From IMG/VR virus record IMGVR_UViG_3300005512_000258, positions 1-28,056 of that record: a stretch of 28,056 nt of DNA. One strand, written 5' to 3'. The notes under the pieces were generated by a model, which was given only the letters and a program-made list of their open reading frames with translations, had not been told where the DNA came from and ran no database searches. Position 1 is the first letter of the stretch; every line of letters starts with the position of its first letter. Positions 8,525 through 13,709 of this stretch are shown here, in pieces. This stretch comes from a virus. Its lineage: Duplodnaviria > Caudoviricetes. Made by a program: the position numbers and the translations under genes.

Positions 8525-8710
8525 TCAACCTTGACATTCCCGTTCGGCAATATCTTTATAGTCTGGCCATTTGCCTTCTTTAACCATATCACAATACACC
8601 TCCCGTTCTGCGATTTCGTCCTGATAAGACATCTCGGATGCCAAAGCTAATAACCCCACAAAAGTTAGGGCCATGATAAATTTAAACCAGCCTCTTTCGA
8701 GCAGTTTCAT
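8525..8710 (-). CDS. Small membrane protein (N-terminal TM helix, YCDMV..G.WPDY motif)
   Basis: Hydrophobic segment FIMALTFVGLLALA; ATGA coupling with the upstream gene. Confidence 0.7.
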   Translation of the reverse strand: MKLLERGWFKFIMALTFVGLLALASEMSYQDEIAEREVYCDMVKEGKWPDYKDIAERECQG

Positions 8711-9081
8711 GCTACTTCCTCATCGCCAACAATTTCGTACCCGGCAAACTGCTCCCGAATGCAATGCTCTACGAACATCGTGGTGCAGACGGCCATCAAG
8801 TTGTCGACGTCGCCGTCAGACAAATGCTTAGCGATTTCAAAGACCTGACTGAAGTCGCCATCCGCAGAGAAGCGACACGCCGTAGCGATAGACCACTGAT
8901 CCCAGTAGTACACGTACTGGCCATCTGCCCACTCAACGATGTAGTCATACATCTCGTCCTCAGTGAGAGTGCGACCTGAAGCCGCCTCGTTATCGAGGTC
9001 AAACTTAAAGGCGCTGACCAACTTATCCTGCTCTTGATAAAGATTCATCAAGTTGAAACTATTTTTTTCTTCATCTTTCAT
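8707..9081 (-). CDS. Acidic protein, candidate Ocr-like DNA mimic / anti-restriction protein
   Basis: 27 D/E versus 8 K/R in 124 aa; EDEMYDYIVEWADGQYVYYWDQWSI resembles the T7 Ocr core ([25 protein letters not shown], as recalled). Confidence 0.5.
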   Translation of the reverse strand: MKDEEKNSFNLMNLYQEQDKLVSAFKFDLDNEAASGRTLTEDEMYDYIVEWADGQYVYYWDQWSIATACRFSADGDFSQVFEIAKHLSDGDVDNLMAVCTTMFVEHCIREQFAGYEIVGDEEVA

Positions 9082-9248
9082 GACACATCCTTACAAACCA
9101 CGTACCACCCATCACGCTCTGGGTGCTTGAGCTTCTCCTCAGCCATGACGGCTTCAGCCTCTTCGTGCGTCGAGCTAACGTACTCGTAAGCACTCTCTTG
9201 GTCCGAATACCCAACCAAATATACATAGCAATCCATATTAGAATACAC
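9078..9248 (-). CDS. Hypothetical protein (56 aa)
   Basis: Not in the ORF track. AAGGAG RBS, GTG start, MYSNMDCYVYLVGYSDQESAYEYVSSTHEEAEAVMAEEKLKHPERDGWYVVCKDVS; ATGA overlap with the next gene. Confidence 0.7.
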   Translation of the reverse strand: MYSNMDCYVYLVGYSDQESAYEYVSSTHEEAEAVMAEEKLKHPERDGWYVVCKDVS

Positions 9249-9396
9249 ACTTTACTCCTTGATTAAATTCCCAGCGTGGGAGTTGAAAAGACATCCTAAG
9301 ATGTTGTTTTCAAAACAATAAAAGTTTGGGAGCTTAGAATAAGTCCCCAATTATGCCCCCACATCATTGCGGTAAGTAGCGATTACGTCCATTAGC

Positions 9397-9417
9397 AAAA
9401 AGGCCGCTTATGCGGCC
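9397..9417 (-). terminator. Intrinsic terminator with the stop codon in the loop
   Basis: Minus strand GGCCGC-ATAA-GCGGCC-TTTTT. Confidence 0.7.
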
Positions 9418-9629
9418 ATGTTGATGACAACGGCGTCATGGGGCATTCGCACAAAGCCGCCAGCGTAATCGCCGTCATGTTGGATGAAAATCACATCAGC
9501 GCACTCCGCGTTGAAGCGTATATAGGCGGGGTGGTACTCAGTGATACCCGCAAAGCCGGAATAAGCACCTTGCTGTCTTGGCGCTTCGCCAATGATGAAA
9601 CCCGCAGGACCTTCAATACCGTTGACCAT
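9408..9629 (-). CDS. Hypothetical protein (73 aa, MVNGIEGPAGF...)
   Basis: Start moved from 9791 to ATG 9629, which has an AGGGAG RBS and avoids overlap with the upstream gene. Confidence 0.65.
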   Translation of the reverse strand: MVNGIEGPAGFIIGEAPRQQGAYSGFAGITEYHPAYIRFNAECADVIFIQHDGDYAGGFVRMPHDAVVINMAA

Positions 9630-9643
9630 TTCTTTCTCCCTAT

Positions 9644-9669
9644 TGAAAGGCCGCTTATGCGACCTCCTC
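9644..9669 (-). repeat. 26-bp gene-end/hairpin repeat, copy 1
   Basis: TGAAAGGCCGCTTATGCGACCTCCTC, identical at 10682-10707; encodes EEVA-stop plus a hairpin. Confidence 0.95.
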
Positions 9670-9897
9670 AGTAACATTCCAACCAATGACACGGATACGA
9701 CGGCGAGTGCCAGCGTGAAACCGTTGGTCAACGAAAGTGATGACCTGACGGTTACCGTAAGGGCCGACGCGAAGCTCAAGCTCTTTACCATTTTCTAGGG
9801 TGTAAAGCTCCGAGCCATCGTTATACACGACATACTCAGAGACATCGAAGGTCTTACGGTTACCACGGTTGTTAAGGTAGCTGATAGTGTGTGCCAT
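9655..9897 (-). CDS. Hypothetical protein (80 aa, MAHTISYLNNRG...)
   Basis: Start moved to ATG 9897 (AAGGGAG RBS), downstream of promoter cassette A. Confidence 0.7.
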   Translation of the reverse strand: MAHTISYLNNRGNRKTFDVSEYVVYNDGSELYTLENGKELELRVGPYGNRQVITFVDQRFHAGTRRRIRVIGWNVTEEVA

Positions 9898-9904
9898 TGT
9901 GTTT

Positions 9905-9992
9905 CTCCCTTGGTTAGTGGCGGCCATCCCCGCCCGACACAGTTATAGTCTCATGTCCCCGTGTCGATGTACACATATTTGTGCAGATAATT
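9905..9992 (-). promoter_or_regulatory. Promoter/leader cassette A
   Basis: 25-bp block TGGCGGCCATCCCCGCCCGACACAG (9918-9942) and CCCCGTGTCG (9957-9966) are identical to cassette B; TG-n-GACTAT/TATAAC -10-like sequence, leader hairpin GGCGG-N6-CCGCC, RBS. Confidence 0.7.
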
Positions 9993-10004
9993 ATAAAAAA
10001 GTGC

Positions 10005-10064
10005 AAAAAAAAGGCCCCCGAAGTCACCCCCGAAGTCACCCCCGAAGTCACCCCCGAAGGAGCC
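10005..10064 (-). terminator. cUUCGg intrinsic terminator interrupted by the tandem repeat
   Basis: Minus strand GGCTCC-TTCG-GGGG[TGACTTCGGGGG]x3-CC-TTTTTTTT, 8 bp after the stop of the 132-aa gene. Confidence 0.6.
10015..10059. repeat. 12-bp tandem repeat (CCCCCGAAGTCA) x3.75
   Basis: Units at 10015, 10027 and 10039 plus a 9-bp partial at 10051. Confidence 0.97.
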
Positions 10065-10072
10065 AAAACGGA

Positions 10073-10471
10073 CTAGAAACTAAAGTCATGAAACTTTTCT
10101 CGACGACCAAAGTAGACCCCGCCGTAACCCAGCTTATTCCACCGACCGGTGTCGGGGTTGATTTTGACCTGCTCAACATCACCGCGCTGGTCTATGCGCC
10201 AGTGAGCGATAGAACCCTTTGGGTTAGGTAGGTAAAGGTACTTTTGGTTCTCAGAGAAGCCGTTGTCATCAACCCGACGATAGTCGTCCTCTTGAGTTGT
10301 GACGTAAACGTAACTGCCTTTCTCCTCCACGTCGATGACCGTGGCAGGGCGGCGATCAGTCCAGCATAGGATAGTCGCCCCATCTCCGATGGATGGCACC
10401 TTCACTGACTCCAGTGCGTAGAGCGCGTTGACCAATGACCCAGTTGTTTTACCTAGTTGAACTTCTGACAT
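10073..10471 (-). CDS. Conserved phage hypothetical protein (GDGAT...TDR.PATV...G.RE..HD.SF type)
   Basis: GGAGAG RBS; recognisable motif pattern of a widespread phage early protein; function unknown. Confidence 0.75.
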   Translation of the reverse strand: MSEVQLGKTTGSLVNALYALESVKVPSIGDGATILCWTDRRPATVIDVEEKGSYVYVTTQEDDYRRVDDNGFSENQKYLYLPNPKGSIAHWRIDQRGDVEQVKINPDTGRWNKLGYGGVYFGRREKFHDFSF

Positions 10472-10480
10472 GACTCTCTC

Positions 10481-10666
10481 CTAAACCAAATACGTTGTAT
10501 GCGAATCGCCGATGGACGCCTCGATAGACTCATCGAGCATCTGCGTACCTGCGATCATGTAGCTGTTGACGAACTCTCGGATTGTCTCGTCGGTGCCGAG
10601 GTCATCGAGATAGCGCTGTAGCACTTTTTTATCAACATCGACCGTAAACTCAACCTTAACCTTCAT
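10481..10666 (-). CDS. Hypothetical protein (61 aa, MKVKVEFTVDVD...)
   Basis: Start moved to ATG 10666 (GAGGAGGGAG RBS). Confidence 0.65.
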   Translation of the reverse strand: MKVKVEFTVDVDKKVLQRYLDDLGTDETIREFVNSYMIAGTQMLDESIEASIGDSHTTYLV

Positions 10667-10681
10667 CTTGCTCCCTCCTCG

Positions 10682-10707
10682 TGAAAGGCCGCTTATGCGA
10701 CCTCCTC
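10682..10707 (-). repeat. 26-bp gene-end/hairpin repeat, copy 2
   Basis: Identical to 9644-9669. Confidence 0.95.
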
Positions 10708-11382
10708 CCATTTTGCTTCAGCCTCTGCATATGCAGACTCATAAGCTTTGCTACCGCGACGGCCAGCGCCCTTGGCGATAATTTCAAGCATGATGGTTAC
10801 GCCGCGACCCGATGGTAAGCGACCGTCACGTAAGCCATTAGCAACGTCAGTAGCAAAGTTGCCATACGCCTCGCTAAGACCGCGAATAAAATAGCCAAAC
10901 TTCTCTTCGTTAATAATGCGGCGCTGGTGTCGCTCTTGTTCGGCGCGTTGCTGTGCAACCTCTGCATCAGTAAGGCCACCGTTACGCTCACGCTCTGCGG
11001 TAAGCCTAGCTTGTAGCTTAGCCTCACGAGTAATGCGCTCTTGCTCACGCTTAGCTTCTGCACGAGCGCGTCGTAGCTGACGCTGGCGCTTACGCTCTGC
11101 CGCTTCTGCGTCTGAAAGGTTCAGTACGTCATCTACTTTGGCAATGCAAGAGCTTCCCACGCAATACCGATCACCATTGGCGTCTCGCAATATATAGTGA
11201 TGCTCTATTGCAGTACCGCAGTGATCACAACCAAAGTGACAGAACTTTGGCTTGGCTTGCATCTGCAAATTATAAGCCGATGGATTTTGCTCCAGTAGTG
11301 AGCGAGAGGGTGCAGACCACACGCCAACAAAAGTAAATGGCGCTTCGCCAAACTGAAAATTTTTGTGTACACACTGTGTCAT
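10693..11382 (-). CDS. Zn-finger / coiled-coil hypothetical protein
   Basis: CDHCG..I.H.Y......G..YCVGSSC metal-binding motif followed by an E/R-rich coiled coil. Confidence 0.75.
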   Translation of the reverse strand: MTQCVHKNFQFGEAPFTFVGVWSAPSRSLLEQNPSAYNLQMQAKPKFCHFGCDHCGTAIEHHYILRDANGDRYCVGSSCIAKVDDVLNLSDAEAAERKRQRQLRRARAEAKREQERITREAKLQARLTAERERNGGLTDAEVAQQRAEQERHQRRIINEEKFGYFIRGLSEAYGNFATDVANGLRDGRLPSGRGVTIMLEIIAKGAGRRGSKAYESAYAEAEAKWEEVA

Positions 11383-11409
11383 TGTCTATCTCCCTTGGTA
11401 AAGGGCCGC

Positions 11410-11781
11410 TCAGGCGGCCTCTTTGATTTCACGAAAACCGTTTGGCATGACTTCCCAAATCTGAACTCCAACACGAGGAAGCACTATAGTCATTAGGTCG
11501 CCGACTGAAGTTGATCGCTCACCGTAACCCTGAGGATGCGCCTCTGCGATAAACTTCACACGCTCGTTAAAGTCGCCGTTGTCGTGGATAATCTCGCCGT
11601 TTGAGAGCTGGAAAGTGCGAGGCTTGCTCCAAGAACCGTCGACGTTGTTAGTCCAACGAAAAGCATATGAAAGCATTTCGATCACGTCCAAGTTAGCAGG
11701 TGCGTCGACGACCGCAACTTCCTTGTCATTGCCGAAAACGCCAGATTCGTTCATTTCGCGGTGAGTTACTAAAATATTCAT
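11410..11781 (-). CDS. Hypothetical protein with YodL-like RSTSVGD motif
   Basis: AF..TNN...SW and RSTSVGD...V...GF pattern; first gene behind cassette B. Confidence 0.65.
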   Translation of the reverse strand: MNILVTHREMNESGVFGNDKEVAVVDAPANLDVIEMLSYAFRWTNNVDGSWSKPRTFQLSNGEIIHDNGDFNERVKFIAEAHPQGYGERSTSVGDLMTIVLPRVGVQIWEVMPNGFREIKEAA

Positions 11782-11789
11782 GTTTTGCT

Positions 11790-11877
11790 TCCTTTTGGTT
11801 GATGGCGGCCATCCCCGCCCGACACAGATATACTCGCATACCCCGTGTCGTTGTGCAACTCTGTATACAGATTAATT
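11790..11877 (-). promoter_or_regulatory. Promoter/leader cassette B
   Basis: 25-bp block at 11803-11827 and CCCCGTGTCG at 11841-11850 are identical to cassette A; TTGCAC-17bp-GAGTAT with extended TG; palindrome TCTGTATACAGA at 11860-11871. Confidence 0.7.
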
Positions 11878-12032
11878 GAGGTATGTGACAAAGGTGACAA
11901 AAAAATAAAAAACAACCCTTAGCTATTTTTTACCGGTTGCATTTTTTTACTCAAAAAACGTAGCTATGCGGTTGTTGTAGTCATAACCATGTTTTATCTT
12001 CGGGCTGTCGTGCAAATGCTCTGGGGGAGTAC

Positions 12033-12503
12033 ATGAATTCGACAGAGACGCAAACGTGTAAGGGTTGTGGGCTAGACCTTCCGTTAGATCGATTTGCAGT
12101 GCAGGACAGTTACAGAGCTAAAAAATGTAAGACCTGCCGAGTAAATCAACGCAACAAAAAAAGAAATGGAAGCTACGAAGAATACCTCCGGTACGCTATA
12201 AGCGGCCTCAAATCTGGCCGAAGGAACAGCGGCTTAGAGTGGGAACTCACTCTCGAAGACGCAATAGAAATCTATGAGGCACAAGAAGGTCGATGCGCTC
12301 TTTCTGGGAACATCATGTCCCGCCAAAGAGGGTACGGAACAACCCCCTTTAACATGAGCATTGACCGTATTGACCCACAGAAAGGCTATGTCAAAAGCAA
12401 TGTGCAACTGACCTGCTGGGAAGCCAACCGCATGAAACACGCGCTAACACCGGCCGAGTTCTTTTTCTGGGTTCGCTCCATCAACGATTGTATTTCAGAC
12501 TAA
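12033..12503 (+). CDS. His-Me finger (HNH/EndoVII-like) endonuclease-family protein with N-terminal Zn finger
   Basis: CKGC...CKTC; Q.GRCALSG...SIDRIDPQKGYVKSNVQLTC..AN.MK. Confidence 0.75.
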   Translation: MNSTETQTCKGCGLDLPLDRFAVQDSYRAKKCKTCRVNQRNKKRNGSYEEYLRYAISGLKSGRRNSGLEWELTLEDAIEIYEAQEGRCALSGNIMSRQRGYGTTPFNMSIDRIDPQKGYVKSNVQLTCWEANRMKHALTPAEFFFWVRSINDCISD

Positions 12504-13208
12504 GCGCTCGTACATCTCTCGTAAGCGAGCAGAGTCGTGAAGCCAGAACACCAGCAGGTAGCGGTCTCCAGACTCAACGGGTAAGCCTCGGTGTAGCTTT
12601 GTAAACGATGGGAAGATCAGCGCATGGCCAGACGGCAAGGGCTTGATGGTGCCGTGACCATGAAACTCTGTCCCACCGCCCACGTAATCGCCTGTATTGA
12701 GCGGTATCACCACGGACATATCTGACGACTCGTCATGATGCCAAGCCCCCTGTTGCTTGTCCTTGACGTTGTAGTTGGCTATCTGGATTGTGGATATCTC
12801 TGCGCAGTCACGCTGGTACAACGCCCAGAAAATCGGATTCAAGACGTTCTGCACGATAAACCACATGGTTCGATACAGCTCGGGCACCCGTTGCTGAAGG
12901 ATGATCTCAGGAATCTGCCGCAACTCATCCTCATCATCATTCGGCGCAAACAAGCCTTCGGCTTTCATCTGATCAATTTCCTCGACCAGCATCTTGCAGT
13001 AAGCACGACGCAACAAGGGTGTGCGATAGATGTCAGGGAACACTTGCTTGATGTGCTTTCGCACCTCCAAGTCTCCCAGATCTTCGATCCCTTGCCGTGC
13101 CCGGTACTTCGCAATCTGAGGCACAGAGTCCTGTATGGCCTCGTATAGCGGCTGATTGATCATCCAGTGGCTCTGCATGGAGAGCATATAATTTTTGAGT
13201 TTGTACAT
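12495..13208 (-). CDS. 2OG-Fe(II) dioxygenase, PLOD/OGFOD2-like
   Basis: HHD...LN..DY.GGGTEF...G.ALIFP....HRGLPVESGDRYLLV (HxD..H..R). Start probably ATG 13208 or a nearby Met, since 13265 overlaps the divergent gene. Confidence 0.85.
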   Translation of the reverse strand: MYKLKNYMLSMQSHWMINQPLYEAIQDSVPQIAKYRARQGIEDLGDLEVRKHIKQVFPDIYRTPLLRRAYCKMLVEEIDQMKAEGLFAPNDDEDELRQIPEIILQQRVPELYRTMWFIVQNVLNPIFWALYQRDCAEISTIQIANYNVKDKQQGAWHHDESSDMSVVIPLNTGDYVGGGTEFHGHGTIKPLPSGHALIFPSFTKLHRGLPVESGDRYLLVFWLHDSARLREMYERLV

Positions 13209-13263
13209 AAAATAGTGTAATGTGTGCACAAGTTTATTTATCGTAACATTTTGAGGGGTCATC

Positions 13264-13437
13264 ATGGAAGACGAAAAGCCAATACGTCGACGAAAGTCGC
13301 TGGCTGTCGATGAAGAAACCTATGACAAGCTGAACAAGATCTGCTCACAGCGTCGTAGGAGCAAAATTCAGCAACTGCAAGTGCTGATTGAGAATGAGTA
13401 CAACCAGATATTCCATATCATGGAGGAAGATCAGTGA
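13264..13437 (+). CDS. Ribbon-helix-helix-like transcriptional regulator (57 aa)
   Basis: Not in the ORF track. GAGGGG RBS; MEDEKPIRRRKSLAVDEETYDKLNKICSQRRRSKIQQLQVLIENEY...; the KSLAV strand, ETYDKL helix and RS helix fit an RHH; GTGA coupling to the next gene. Confidence 0.7.
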   Translation: MEDEKPIRRRKSLAVDEETYDKLNKICSQRRRSKIQQLQVLIENEYNQIFHIMEEDQ

Positions 13438-13709
13438 AGCTATTCGGCAAAAAGAAACAGGTCCCACAGTCGTATCGCCCGGTTATGGAAGCGCAAGAAG
13501 TGATCGACCTGTTCAGCCGTATGACTCTGCATCAACAAGCCGCGTTGATGCGCCTTATGAGTCGCAACCTGATCATTGAGTTGCCGGGAGACTCGGCAAT
13601 GGGGTACGAGCTAGATTGGAACGTAGACGGCGCCTTAATTGCGGCCCTCCCAGCCCAAGTAGACGAAGCTACGCCATCAATCCAGCTATCCCCTGCTGAC
13701 GACGCATAG
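13434..13709 (+). CDS. Hypothetical protein (91 aa)
   Basis: GGAGG RBS, GTG start coupled to the RHH stop. Confidence 0.65.
   Translation: MKLFGKKKQVPQSYRPVMEAQEVIDLFSRMTLHQQAALMRLMSRNLIIELPGDSAMGYELDWNVDGALIAALPAQVDEATPSIQLSPADDA

Noticed and set aside
9630-9791. Hydrophobic N-terminal extension of the 127-aa ORF suggesting a membrane protein
   Set aside because: It overlaps the upstream gene out of frame and crosses its hairpin; a strong RBS supports the internal start at 9629.
10015-10059. CRISPR-like array or coding repeat (RSHP repeats in ORF 9887..10231 +)
   Set aside because: Units are 12 bp, contiguous and have no spacers; the + ORF lies antisense to well-supported genes and a promoter cassette.
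12033-12503. Homing endonuclease within an intron or mobile element
   Set aside because: Free-standing, flanking genes are intact, and no intron core or terminal repeats are visible.
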